The position numbers and the translations under genes were made by a program. A DNA stretch of 53,394 nt, filler included, from Bipalium vagum (lineage: Eukaryota), in the NCBI GenBank assembly GCA_037834085.1. It is 3 parts of 3 records of this genome, joined end to end, with 100 filler letters (N's around TTAATTAATTAA, not from the genome) between each part and the next. Parts side by side here need not be neighbours in the genome. Positions count along the whole stretch, not along the records: positions 19,278 to 37,445 come from JBBMKC010038393.1; positions 37,546 to 53,394 come from JBBMKC010142428.1; 1 more part is not named here. One strand, given 5' to 3'. The notes under the pieces are model-generated. The model saw only the letters and a program-made list of their open reading frames with translations, did not search any database and was not told the DNA's origin. Position 1 is the stretch's first letter. Each line of letters opens with the position of its first letter. Positions 25,780 to 39,291 of this stretch are shown here, piece after piece.

Positions 25780-27950
25780 ATGTTCGAATTTGCGCCGTTA
25801 TCATTCTCTTTTATATTATTCAAAAAAACCTAACATAATAAAATAAAGCTTTATCTCAATAGATGCTTCTGTGCTCTTATGTTATAAATATATTAATAGA
25901 AGTCTTAATATATATTTGCTTTAAAGTTTGTATATAGAAAGGCGACAATATAATTCCCTCAATCTAATATTTTAACAGCAAACGATATGAGAAAAATCCA
26001 CATAAAATCCCTTAATAGAAAAGTTGAATCATTACGAATAGAAAGAAAAAAAATGAATAAAATATTGTTCAATATTCGTCAACAATTTCTTGATTTAATT
26101 GGCGATAAGTGGTTCAGTATTTTTGTTTATTGTATAATCAAAGAATCAGAATTTAAAATCAAAGAAATCTGAAAAAACTTAATGACCTAATTATTTTGAC
26201 AGGTCATCGTGAATTTAATGTAGAAAACACTATTGTCAATCTTTCAGGCTGCAAATTAACGAATGATGAGATAGAAGTGCTAAAATATGGGCCGAATCAT
26301 GGAATTAAAGCAAGCATTAATCCTATCAAATTAAAATCAAAAATGGAGAAATTATGCAAAAATGTAATAATAGATTCAGAATTAGATGAAAAGCTTAAGA
26401 AAGAAAAAATAAAAACGATAAAGAAAGCAACCGAGATATATATTAAAAATAATAAATATTTGAATACAAAAGACGAAAAAATAATGAAAATGTTAAGCAA
26501 AAAGGATCTGATCATCACAAAGTTTGATAAAGGAAATGGGTTTGTAATCTTAAATAAAGATCAGTATTTAGAAAAAGTTAATAATGTACTCAACTGCGGT
26601 AAATTTGAAAAATTGAAACTAAGAGCTACTAGCATACCAATTCCAATTAGAGATGAGAAAATAATCAATAAACTGGAAAAAAATTGGCAAAAAACAATAT
26701 AAAAGATAAAGGTCTAATAAAGAGTTTAATTAGTCAAGGAGCACAACCGGCAAAATTATACGGATTACCGAAGATTCATAAAGAAAATCAGCCGTTAAGA
26801 CCGGTACTTTCGATGATGAATTGTGCTCAATATAAAACCGCAAAAGTGTTGGATGAATTAATAAAAACATTAAAGAACACCCAATATGAAGTAAAAGACA
26901 CATTTGAATTTCAGCGATTTATAAATAACTATGAAATGAAATCAGATAATGAATATTTTGTATCATTTGAGTTGTGCAGCCTTTTTGCCAATGTGCCGAT
27001 TTCTGAAACAATTGATCTTTGCGTTTATCTGTGGAATAAATATGAAGATAAACAAATCATGGATGATAAAGCACTGCGAGAGTTACTAGAATATGTTTAA
27101 TAATGAGTGGTATAAGCAGACAGATGGAATAGCCATGGGGTCACTATTAGGACCAACACTATCATCAATTTTTATGGCATACTTAGAGAATGAAATAGAG
27201 AAATATCAATGAAACAAACCACTGGTCTATAAAAGATATGTCGATGATATATTTTTGATATTTGGCGAAGAAAATGACATCGATCCCTTTCTCACATTTA
27301 TGAACAATTTACATCAAAATATCATACTCACGATTGAAAAAGAAAAAGATCAGAAATTACCATTCTTAGACCTGATTATTAGAAAGGAGAAAGGAATAAA
27401 TAAATTAACAAGTATATATCGAAAGAAAACAGACACTGGATTATATAACTCAAACAGTAGTTTCCGTGAGGAGAAATATAAAAATGGCCTAATTAAAGGA
27501 TTGATCCATAGAGTGTAGTCATTAACATCAGATTACAAACAGATAGATAAAGAGCTGGACCTAATCAAAGAAGGATTACTTAGAAACGCGTATCCAGAAA
27601 GAAAAATAGAAAAAATCATTAATGATACCGTTTCAAATTTAATTACGCGAAAAAATATTGAAAAAGATCACCAAAAACTAAAGGAAAATAAAAAAGAAGA
27701 GTTTAAAAAAATCGTAAAAGTCCAATTTTCAAAAGGACTTAAAGCTTTCAAAAACATACTAGAAAAAGCTGTTGAACTTGAGAATTTAAAAGTTATATCA
27801 TTGACCATCAATTCAGAATAATTATGGGAAACTTTGATAATAATGATGAACGAAAGATATGTGAGTCATTATTAATCAAAGAAAGGCAACCAAATATTAA
27901 CATCCAAACGGGAGAGGGTAAGAACCAATGGATCGTTAATGTTTTCTGCG
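25780..27950 (+). mobile_element. Penelope-like retroelement (RT, partly deleted GIY-YIG), frameshifted, antisense in a MAP4K intron
   Basis: VNLSGCKLT..E..VLKYG, DKGNGFVILNK, KLYGLPKIHKENQPLRPVLS, SLFANVP, QTDGIAMGSLLGP, YKRYVDD, EKEKDQKLPFLD, YRKKTDTG; C-terminal KICESLLIKERQPNIN. Confidence 0.92.
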
Positions 27951-28525
27951 ATTAAATTTTTAAAAAATTTTTATTTTAAAAAAAATTATTTTATCCAATA
28001 ATAATCAAGAAAAATAATTTTTAATTTTTACATACCGTTACTTAGCGATTTAAACTGTAAAAATCAAAAACATTGACTGATAAAAAAAATAAATTTATAT
28101 TGTTCACAAGATTAAGATAAATAATAATTAATTTATAAATATCAATTTGCAAACTCGCATCATTGATGAGTACAAAAAAAACATTATTAATTTTTCAAAA
28201 AATATAAAAATATCATATTAATAAACTTGTTAATGTTCAGATTAATGGTTCAGTTTTATTAGATGTTTATAACATTATTATAAAGATTGGACGACATTTT
28301 TGTATAAATAGGTATTAATAAAGCAATTAAAATTTTGTTCAAATTGTGAAAATAATATGATATATAATATATTATGCAAGATGAATACAAATTTACCGAA
28401 CAAATAATTGTAGATCTACTTTTAAACTTTTAGATCAATTTAAAATCAGCTCTATATACATTTTTATTAATATTAAATTAACACAAAAAACCATTATTTG
28501 TCAACAAGTCCTCATTCTCGCTTAC

Positions 28526-28645
28526 CTCAGGTTCACAAATTGGAGCCTCAACTTGTGCTATTTTAAATCGAACATCTTCAAGACAGGAGTGGTGGTTAGA
28601 AGACCTTGTTGACTGTATTCTTTCTAATGGCTTATGTTCTTGTTT
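28526..28645 (-). CDS. MAP4K3: MAP4K linker exon
   Basis: TAG|KQEHKPLERIQSTRSSNHHSCLEDVRFKIAQVEAPICEPE|GTAAGC; the RIxST motif is as in the MAP4K3/5 linker. Confidence 0.85.
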
Positions 28646-29080
28646 CTATACATTAAATATAAACTTATCTATTAATCAAAAATACAATAATAATAACACA
28701 AAGTGATCACCCATTCTTGTAATGTTTTAATCAATAACAATTTTGGAATAATATGTAACTATCACTCCAAAATGTATACTAAAATACTCAATAAGTGAAA
28801 ATAAGTGAAAAAAATCGAATATGAAGTTAAATATTATCCATAATCTATCATAAATCGTTATCAATAATAAATTTACTAAAAATTTAAACAATTAAGTTCC
28901 ATTATAGATAATATTATTACAAATATTGGAAAACTTATTTTTTCAAAACTGAATTTTAGATATAAGAAATATATAATGGTGACATGCATAAAAAGTTAAA
29001 AAATCATTCCGATTAATATCAGATGATATTACAAAATAAATCATTCTTTTTACAATTTTCTATGTAATCACACACTATAC

Positions 29081-29101
29081 CTGTTGCTTTTTGATTGTTC
29101 C
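29081..29101 (-). CDS. MAP4K3: MAP4K 21-nt microexon
   Basis: Follows a 60-nt intron: ttttctaag|GTIKKQQ|gtatag; phase 0-0. Confidence 0.65.
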
Positions 29102-29161
29102 CTTAGAAAAAAGTGTTGTCAGAACATTTTACTCAATAAAATTAAAAAATGTAAAACTTAC

Positions 29162-29284
29162 AATGTCGTCTTCTTCATCGTCATCATCATTAGGAACCAA
29201 CGGAACTCGACCCGGGTGCTTATTTAGTTGTAACAAATGTTTAGTAAAAGAAATGTTGAGACATTTCTGAGCGACGAATTCAAG
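29162..29284 (-). CDS. MAP4K3: MAP4K exon (kinase end plus acidic stretch)
   Basis: Follows a 53-nt GT-AG intron: LEFVAQKCLNISFTKHLLQLNKHPGRVPLVPNDDDDEEDDI|GTAAGT. Confidence 0.88.
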
Positions 29285-29337
29285 CTGCATAAATTGTAAA
29301 ATATTTCTTAATAAATCAGAAACAGTCATTTATTAAC

Positions 29338-29419
29338 TTGTAACATGGCATCAGCATCTGGACGTCTTTTTTCATTTTTATTCAGACAAACTTTTAAAAA
29401 CGAATGAAATTTAGGAGAC
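29338..29419 (-). CDS. MAP4K3: MAP4K kinase exon (subdomain XI)
   Basis: TAG|(W)SPKFHSFLKVCLNKNEKRRPDADAMLQ|GT. Confidence 0.9.
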
Positions 29420-30007
29420 CTAAGTAAATAAAATAAATGTTTATTACTGGAATATTAAAGAAATAAAATATTTTTATTGATCCGGTACTTTGAAATCTGA
29501 TAAATATCCTGTCAGCGGAAAAAAGAAAAATTTCTCCAGTTAATATCATACAATTTTAATTAACTCCACATTGGGTTCTTTTAATTTAAATATTAATAAA
29601 TGAAAATGTTTAGAGAATCTGAATACCTCAGTTGAAACATGTAAAGGGTTGTTATGTTAGTTTCCTCGGTTTTTTGTCTGTCAGACCCAATATAAACTGT
29701 CAAAAATAAATTAAAATTATCGAATCTCATTCTTATCCGCATTTCTGGTGTTTTGTTTTCGTGAAAGAAAATCAAGATATAATTATTGTTTGATATGAAG
29801 AGATGTTAAATATCTAATCCAACGGCACACAGCCATTTGAAATTAGGGTTACTGGTTTTCATGTACTTTAAAATAAACGGATCTTGTGGAATTGTTATCT
29901 GTGATATACAGCTTAAATGTGAAAAAAACAACCCATTCATGAATAGAATTACATGTACAATCGACAATCAGAAGTTGACTATCTACATCGATTACAGACA
30001 CAAGGTA

Positions 30008-30500
30008 CATGGTTCATTCAAAAAGTTTCTGAACAAGGCTAATAAGCATGTTAATTTTAAAAAGATTTTTATATCATTTAAAACTACCAGTATGTGGTAG
30101 TTACTATGGAGAAATTCATTGGAGTGTGTCTATTTTATTGACGTTCGCATTATACATGTCATTGTCAGTCGAGAACATTTCTAAAGTTGAATATCGCAGT
30201 GCCATTAGATTTTGCCTCTTGCTAGACCAACCCAACCAGCAGATTCTGTCCAATCTTGCAAAAGCTTATAAAGATAAGTACCCCTCAAAATCCACCATAC
30301 TGTTCTGGATGTCAGAATGCAAAAGAGGACACCAATCTCTCTATGATGAAGAAAAAGATGGTTTCCCAAAGACAAATAAAGAACAACTTGAGATATTGAT
30401 TCAGGAGAATCGGCGAGTGACGATAACATGAATATGGAAAAAAATTGAACCACTGCGAAGAATATTAAGGAAGGTATGATATCTGTTAGGAGGAACTGGT
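30008..30500 (+). mobile_element. Mariner 5' fragment (left TIR plus HTH region)
   Basis: TA|CATGGTTCATTCAAAAAGTTTC; KVEYRSAIRF...AYKDKYPSKSTILFW..ECKRG..SLYDEEKDG.P...ENRRVTI. Confidence 0.8.
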
Positions 30501-31124
30501 ATAGCATACTTTTTATCAGTTAAATCATAATTTCGAGTTTTCAACTGCATAAAAAAATTTTAAAAATAAAGATAAAACATTGAAATCACTTTCCTTATTG
30601 AGGAATTTTGAACAAAATGGATATTTGAATTACCGCTATTAAAACTCTTATTAATAAATTATTTCATATTGATTTTTTAAAAATATACCGATACCCAAAT
30701 AACCCAATACTATATATTCTAAGTTCGAGTGATTTATCTTTAAAGGAAAATTAATCTTTTAAAAAGACATCTCTGAAAGTAAAGAGAAGTTAAATAACAA
30801 TTTTGGAAATTAAAACGATAACATTGATAAAAATATCAAAAATGTGAATTATAATTATTAATTAATTTTATTATTATTATAAATTTTGAGATTTTTTCAT
30901 TAAATTAAATAGTTCTTTTGTAATGATTCTCAGTTGCACAATAAAATAAATTAAAATTTTATTTTCACCTTTTCACCTATTAATAAACATATGCAGTAGT
31001 TCTAGATTTTCTGAAAAAGTGTAGCACCGTTAAATATTATTAAATTTTAAACATGTAAACTTAAAAGTTAATATAAAAATGATTTTATTTCTGAATTTTT
31101 AATTTTAACTAAAACTTTACATAC

Positions 31125-31187
31125 CATTTGACTTTGTTCTGTAGAGTGGGAGACTTGTAATTTCGCATCGACAGAATATGAAGGGCT
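31125..31187 (-). CDS. MAP4K3: MAP4K kinase exon (subdomain X)
   Basis: CAG|(K)ALHILSMRNYKSPTLQNKVK(W)|GT; phase 2-2, in frame with neighbours. Confidence 0.9.
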
Positions 31188-31899
31188 CTGTAAAAATCAT
31201 AGTAAATTATTGGTAATTTATAATAAAAGTGAAATTTTGTAAAGAAGGTAACGTTTCAAAACTTAAGATGAAAACCATAATAAAAATTCCAAAAGAATAA
31301 AATCGATATTTATTTTGAAAATGAATTCTTCCAAATGAATTAATGTTAACTTAAGTTCTATGTATATAAGTTCTATTCTATAAACTAAATTATTAAAAGA
31401 ATTATTTTATTTGATAATAAGGCGTTTTTGATATTCAAGGCTAAAATAACCATCTTTAAATCTTGCAAACCACTTCCGAACAGATATTATTCCGATCAGA
31501 TATTGCTAATTCACCATAAACACCGCATATCTTGTTTGCTGTTTTTGCGACAGTTGTACCTTTCTGGTAGTAGAAGAGCATTAAATGGCAAAAATGTATT
31601 TTATTTGTATCCATCTTTGAATTTGTTCAATAATTTAGATCAATATTTAAACAAATACCTTTTCATTATTTAATAAAAAAGCATCTTTTACCATTCAGAA
31701 TAAATCTAATTATGCCATGTTTTCTATCTATCAATTATAATAAAAACTGTTTTAATTATGTACATTAAAAATCGGAACGAACTTTCTTTTCAATCCAATA
31801 TGTACCACTTAAAACTCTATTTGAAATTTTTTAACTTTCAAGACAAAAAAGAAAACAAATACTTATTTATTAACATTGTAACACTTCATACATGTGTAC

Positions 31900-32340
31900 A
31901 AGACCAAATTTCTGCTGCATTAATAATATTTCTAGTAATTTGCCAAAAGTAGTCAGTACAATCTTCAGTCTTTATTGTTTGAAATCCCTGGAGTATAAGA
32001 TCATACAATGCTCCGACAATTTCTTTTCTTAAAATTTTTCGTACGTAATTTTAAGAAAATATTAATTTGAACAGGTCAATAAAAAGTTAAACTCTAAACC
32101 AAATTCATTTGTAATTTCTTTAAAGTACTTTGATTTGTGAATAAAAGCGTTATCTAATATCATGTATGCATTATGTACTCGTTTAACATTATATAGAAGG
32201 AAGCCTATCATCGGTAACTGTACCGATAACCTTTGACTAGCAAATACTGTCTATTGAAACACTGGATATTAAAGAAATAATGCTTCAAACTTATTAATAA
32301 ACCATAAGACTTCTTATACAAATCAATTATTCTTCAGGCA
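31900..32340 (-). mobile_element. IS630/Tc1-like DDE transposase remnant
   Basis: YMILDNAFIHKSK...FNFL and a C-terminal LILQGFQTIKTEDC..YF; interrupted by the element at 32388. Confidence 0.5.
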
Positions 32341-32387
32341 GTCAAATACCTTTATATATTTGTCTTTAAGATCGTATAATTGATGTA

Positions 32388-33457
32388 CAGGGTGTCCCAT
32401 AAGTCCCAGCGGAAAGTAAACTTAAATATTTTCCTTAAGCAGATTGAGATATTTAATCGTTTACTTTTTAAAATTAAAGACAAATCTTTTAATTTTTATT
32501 TCATATAAAATATTTACAACAATTGTTCAAAATGACTACCATTAACTGATATACATAAATTCATCCTTTATACAATATTTTAAAATACGCTATTCAAAGT
32601 TTCTGTGGTAACAATTTTTATTTCTTCGGTGATTTTTGTTTTCAAATCGTCAATATTTTTGATTTCAGATAGACCATTTTGGCCATTAACAATCTCATCT
32701 TCATAGAAATACGGACCGATAATTTTATTTTTTGACAAAACACAAAACATTTACCTTCTTGAATTTTCTAGCAGTTTCAAAAGTAACACGTGGATTACTT
32801 TCTGAGCAATATCTGACGTTATGTTTATTTACTAATCCTTTTAGGTAAAACGTTGCTTCATCTAAAAAGAAAATATTCTCTGAATATCCACATTTTCTAA
32901 CATTGGGACCAGGGTTTTGCACATCTCAACTCTGTCCTGCAAATCCACATCATATAATTCCTGCGTGAAATGGATCTCAAAGGGTTTGAATAATTACTGT
33001 TCTCTCATCATTTGATGGGTTGTTGTTCGCTAAATGGACTAGGTGGTTGCAACAGATCGAACACTACATTGTGAGTCACTTTCAATAGCTTCACTCATAA
33101 AATGAAGTTCATTTTCAGTGATCAGCCTTGGTCATCCACAACGTTCACGATCTTCCACCGAGCCAATTTCACAAAAGCGATGAAAAGCCTAATTTATAGC
33201 ACTTTCACTTCGTGAGTTTTTCCCAAATTCGGCATTTAATTTCCGTTTAACAACACAAATTGAGTTGAATTTTGCATTAAAGTACAATTTTGATTCTTAA
33301 TTTTAAATCAAGCGGCATTTGCTAAATCTAATTTTAAAATATTAAAACAAAATTTAGACTTACATACTTTAATATTATATAAATAGAAATTTCAATCGAT
33401 TGAATTTAATGAAAGGTATTTAAGTTTACTTTTCACGGGGACCTATGGGACACCCTG
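32388..33457 (-). mobile_element. Tc1/mariner DD41D(rosa)-like transposon, internally deleted
   Basis: TIRs of about 40 bp (CAGGGTGTCCCATA.GTCCC...AAAGTAAACTTAAATA) with TA on both sides. Motifs FCEIGSVEDRERCG*P and IFFLDEATFYLKGLVNKHNVRYCSESNP. Confidence 0.88.
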
Positions 33458-35660
33458 TATGTAAATGTCAATTAAGATTTCATTCTTGTTCCTGAGTTTT
33501 TTCTTCCATATATTTTTTCTTTATTGTTGACGATTTCAATATTTAAATTTACAGCATTATAATAACATTATTTAAACAAGTGTATAATTAAGTGTGAACA
33601 GATTAGTGCAAAAATAAATCTATTTTTAATTTCTCAGTTTTTTTAAAAGTCAAAATATCCAAAATTAAACTATAAATGGTATCAAATTAAAAATTAATTA
33701 TTAATTAAAAATTAATTAATAATAAATGACCTTTTATTCCATTCAATATGAAAACTGTCATTTTATAAAGTCAAATGTATTTTCTTGCGAAAATAGACAT
33801 TTAACTTTCATAAATATCCACCATCATTATGCATGGCTTTCCACCACCTGTGTTCTTTTTATACTGTTCTCAAAACATTCACTACTTTTAAGTGAAAAAA
33901 TTTCAATGGCGTACAATTTTCCATCATGATTTTGGTATTTTTAGTTTAAAAATATGAATTCGACCTCAATAAATGACAGGCCGTTTGGGCTAATCAACCC
34001 TACAAGGTTGATGACTAAGAATTTCAAAAAATATAATTACCGGATGATAATGTGTTTGATATAAAAAAGAAAAAATATTTTTAAAACTAAAAACACATAA
34101 TATATACTTTATAAAGATAACATAAACATTCGGAGAAATGTATAAATTATCAATTGGTGATAATTTTTAGATTTTTATTGGAACAAATCAAATGGGAAAG
34201 ATATAAATTCAAGTTTCTAACTGAAAATATTTTGTATAATCTTACTTTCATAATTATTTTTACAATTTTCCTGTAACACTTTTCAATTTAATTTAAGTAC
34301 AAGACAAATTTAAGACAGGTGATTTTTCATTTGATTTTCAGAAAATTTAATGGAACAAGTTACACTCATAGACTTTAATTTTCATTTTGGCATTTAACAC
34401 TGATAGAAGTTTCATCAATATTTATTTAATCTTTTTTTGAAAAATATAGATATAAATGTGCAAGAATCACATTGAATTTCGAAATACACATGGGAAACGA
34501 TTTTTTTATTTTGATTATTAATTTTGTGGGCTACAAATAATTTGTCTGAAATTCATAAAATATATTAAAATGCCATTTGATATTACAAGAAAGCGATTTT
34601 ATTCTATTTTATGACGTAAGACTTTCGACATCGTAATTATACATTTTTCAGTGTTCCTTTAAATTCAGATTATGATTGAAAACCTGAATCCTAATCATGG
34701 ATCAGAAAAAGTCAAGTTTTCCGATTGTAATTAAAGTATCTTTTTTGTTGGTATTTGTAACAGTCGACTTGTATTAACTTATTTTTAGAATAATTATATT
34801 TTACTTCGGATAGTTTATATATTAATAAATTTTCCAATCAATGAAATCCACTTAAAAATGGTTAATAATAATATTTTTAAAATATATCTGTGAAATAACA
34901 CAGTTAAACATTTATTTAAATTTTATTATTTTTATTATATATAAATGCGAATTTAATTTTAATTAATTCTTAATTATTACGTATCTTAGGTAAATTTTAA
35001 AAATAATTTTAATTGGTTAGTTTATTTGATGAAATAAATCTAATAGTTGTTAAAATTGTTATTTTAAAATTAGATAAAAATTTTTATTCAACCATATTAA
35101 CCATGCAATATTGAACGTTGAAAAATAACGTTTGATTCCATTTCTTTCTTGAATTATCCTTTTTATTTATAAGGGACATTCTGCATCATATACAAGTGAA
35201 TACTTGTCTTAGAAAACGAGTTCGCTTTCTGTAAAATTATGATTAGTGAAATATGATAGAATTATTTTTAGTAATGCATGAGTCTAAAGTGATCAAATTT
35301 TGATGATATTTGATAACAGATGATTCAGTTTGTCAATGAGTGTATGGCACTGTGACGTAATTCTGCGACGATACTAATCACTGAAAATTTCTGAAACCCA
35401 CTTGGCGCGTGACCTCTGCCATATTAATAGTAAAAATGGATCCTAATGGTAATAATCAAACGATAATCATCATTCATAACATAAATTGGTCGTATTGATT
35501 GAAACTATGACAATCTACGATCTATTACTGGTTTTAGAAACTATAAAAAGTTATTTAAGAAATGTAGGCGTGATTTAAGAAAAATAGATGTTGCATAATG
35601 CAATTTAAGAATTGAAACAAATTCAAGACATTGAACTATAATTATAAAGGGTCGACTTAC

Positions 35661-35792
35661 TTCATTGGATGCAAGTCAAACATTGGAGGTTGAAGTTCAG
35701 CATATTCGATTGCAGTTATTCCCACGGCCCAAATATCACATTTCTCATCATAACCTCCTTTTCGTTCAACAGCCGCTACTTCTGGTGCCATC
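35661..35792 (-). CDS. MAP4K3: MAP4K3/MAP4K5 (GCK-I, happyhour-like) kinase exon, subdomains VIII-IX; first exon visible in window
   Basis: AG|(W)[43 protein letters not shown]|GT, near-identical to the GCK-I family signature. The symbol denotes the family; paralogue identity is not resolvable. Confidence 0.95.
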
Positions 35793-37376
35793 CTACAAAC
35801 GAAGATGATTATAAATCAAGATTATTTATATTTTAATAACATCTTTATATTCAATAAAATACTTTAAAATAAAAAATGGTACAATTAATTTTGAGCACTA
35901 TATACATTAACAATTGAATTAAAAATAACTATCTTTTCTCTGGAAAAGATTTAGTGTGAACATTATCGAATTAATGAAAAATATTTTAGACAAATAATGA
36001 TACTTTGACGAATAAGGAAACAATTCGATCTGATTTTAAATATCAATGTTCTTTAAAATCAAAACACGTCAAAATCAGAACATTTTTCATGAAGTTCTCA
36101 TCGAGTTTTGTTTTACAATATTTCATGCGAACATTAATATAAAAATAAAACACAAGCACATAGTTAATAGTATACTGAAATAAAAATATTGATAAAAATA
36201 CTTTTTTAGATTTTTCAATTTTCCCAATCATTTTTGGTTGAATTGAATATTTACTTTGAGATCAGAATTCTGACGTTATTAGTACATTTTCATAAGCAAT
36301 ACAAAGAGATCAAAAAACCATTCACCATTAACATCATAATTAATTCCTTTCAGGAGTTATAATGTAACATTTTTATCCATTCTTCACATGCAGAACTTTT
36401 ATATACTCTTAATAGATATTAATTCAATGTTTTTTTTTTATTTTTTTACTTTACACAGCCAAAAATAAAGATTTTGAATATGAAACTATTGGTTAATTGA
36501 AATTGGCTCCTAGATTATTATTAATGTCTTCATCATAGTGTATATATTGATATTATATGAATATTTTAAATCTGAAACCATTTAATAACAATTTTAAATA
36601 TTAGATTGACACTAATTAATAATTTAATTGATTTATTAAAAATTATTTTTTAAGTTTAAAAATAAAATGTTACCATATTCATTATCATGTGCTCTTGCTA
36701 TGATATTAATTACTATAATAAAAAATCAATAAAGCTAAATTATTTTTCTTAAAAAGAATATTATTTTTCTATATTTGATAATGAATTTCATTTTTTTCAA
36801 TGAAGCATTAAAAAGCGGTTAATCTTCATTCCTTAATTTAGATCGCATTTCTTAAACTATTTCATAAAATACCTCAAGTCGAGTATAAATATGTCATTAT
36901 CGAAAAAAGGTAAATAAAATATCCCAATATTTGAAAAGTAAAATAATCGAAAGGCAAGTATTGTAATAATAAAAATAATGATAAAAACCCTAAAAAAATC
37001 TTTCGTTAATTACAATCATCAATTGGAATTGTTTTATGTTCACAAATTTGTAAAGCGAAAAATGTTCTAATCAGTGATTTTAGATAAAATCAAGTTGTAA
37101 TAATTATCTGATTGCAGTTCAAAAATATCTTCGAAAACTATTCTAAAATTTTATTAGCGAAATTATGATTAGAATAATTTTTATTATATATTATTATTTC
37201 TTTATCTTAATCTACATGACACACATTTGAAAATATAAACTATTCAGTAAAAAAACACATTTACTGTAACATTAATATTTTTTGCTTTGTATTGAAAAAT
37301 TTAGAATATATTGATTAAAATAAAATTTTTTAAATAAAAAACAGAATCACTAATTATAAAAAATATAAATTTCATC

Positions 37377-37445
<69 letters not shown>
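37377..37445. repeat. (AAT)n microsatellite at a contig end
   Basis: 23 perfect AAT units running into the gap. Confidence 0.98.
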
Positions 37446-37545
37446 NNNNNNNNNNNNNNNNNNNNNNNNNNNNNNNNNNNNNNNNNNNNTTAATTAATTA
37501 ANNNNNNNNNNNNNNNNNNNNNNNNNNNNNNNNNNNNNNNNNNNN
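37446..37545. other. Artificial assembly gap/linker
   Basis: 44 N + TTAATTAATTAA + 44 N, identical in design to 19178-19277. Confidence 0.98.
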
Positions 37546-39291
37546 TTATTATTATTAGCAAGATTGATCTTGTGCCATTTTAATTTATGGTTGTAAACTT
37601 ATATATTATACATCGAAATATAAAATAATATAATTAATTATAAATATTTTAATTATTCATATAAATATATTTTTTTATTTTTGATTTGAATTTTATTTAT
37701 TTTCAGTAGACATTTTTGATTTATTTATAAATTTAATATTTTTCTTTCATCGATTTTATAAAATATTAAAATATTTTGTTTTAATTGAACAAACTAATTT
37801 TTAGGCATTACAAATATATTTTTACAATTTAAAAGAAAAGTAGCAAAAAATATCATAAAAACATTTCCAACAAATATTGAAAAATAAATATTTTTTAATT
37901 ATCAAACAAAATTTCGAAGCAAAACCACAAATTCGCAACAGTTAAAATTTATCCCTAAAATCGCTGGATAAAAGCTGAGACGATAATATCAATATTCTCC
38001 GATTTGCAGAGAGACTTAAATTTATTTTAAGAGAAATTAAAGAAAATTTTATTAATTTAACTCAATAAAATCATTCAAATCATTTTAAAAGGATTTTGAC
38101 AAAAATAATTAATTAATGAATTATTGCGGATTTTCTGTCCCAATTTTTCTGAAGAACATCGACCGAGAGAAAAGTAAATATTATATATTTCATTTATAAC
38201 ATAAATATAATATAAATAAATAAATAAATAAATAAGTAAATCATTAAATAAATCAATAAATAAATATATCAAGCAATAAATAAATAAATATATTATTTAA
38301 TTTATATTTATTTATTTATGGTACAAAAGAGTTGTTCATATAAGGCTGGATTATTATTGTTTAATTATAGAAAAATATATCAAATAAAATATGAGAGAAA
38401 AAAATCTTTAATTCTTTCGAAAAAGAAGATGGAAAAATTAACATAAAATTAAAGAACATTCTTTTAAGAAAATATTCAACGTATTTTGTTTAAATAGGAC
38501 TGAAAAACCTCTGATCATTGAAGATTAAATAAAAAAAATTTACAATGCGAAGCTAAAAGAAAATCAATTTAATTAATCGGCATAGAAAAGAAAAAATATT
38601 CAAAATATATTCAAATTAATTTTTTTCTTAAAGAAAAAAGAAAAAGAAAACGAACAAGTTGTTTGATTGTGATTAATAACAGAAATCAGTGGAGCGTGTG
38701 ATTTTAAAATTTTCATTGCTACTGAAAACAATTTCACTGAGAATGAAACCAATGATGCACAGCTTCGACCTAATAACTTGATAAACAGGATTTCGTACCA
38801 ATAGGGACCGGCTATCAACCAGAATATGTATGTAAAATAATTCACCAACAAAAAGAAGAATACCAGAACGGTTTTTTGTAAAAAGAGAAATTCCCAACGA
38901 CACAAGAATTTAATCACTGGTTTTCAGAGACCAGGAAAGAATCGGAAATTTTTAGCCTTTTCTCTCTATGTAAAATATTATTTTATAATTGATTTAGTCT
39001 GAAAAATTACTTGAAACTTTACCGAACCATATTTATTATTTTTATTAATAATTATTTTTTCCTAATAATAATTATTATTTACATAATTTTTTTTATCTTT
39101 TTACTCATTCAACTTTGTAAATATCTTCCTCATTGTACTGGTTGTAGATATTTTTTCCTTTTCAAGGATTCTAAATGCCGACTGACTGAGGTGACTCATT
39201 CCATCTTTGCGCTCTTTTTTCAATGGAGAGCATTATTAAAATTGTATGTACTGCAATTAATTTCCATAACATTGACCTTTTTAAACAATCA

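Noticed and set aside
35340-35420. CRE-like TGACGT and E2F-like TTGGCGCG sites in a MAP4K intron
   Set aside because: Short motifs without conservation or chromatin data cannot be supported.
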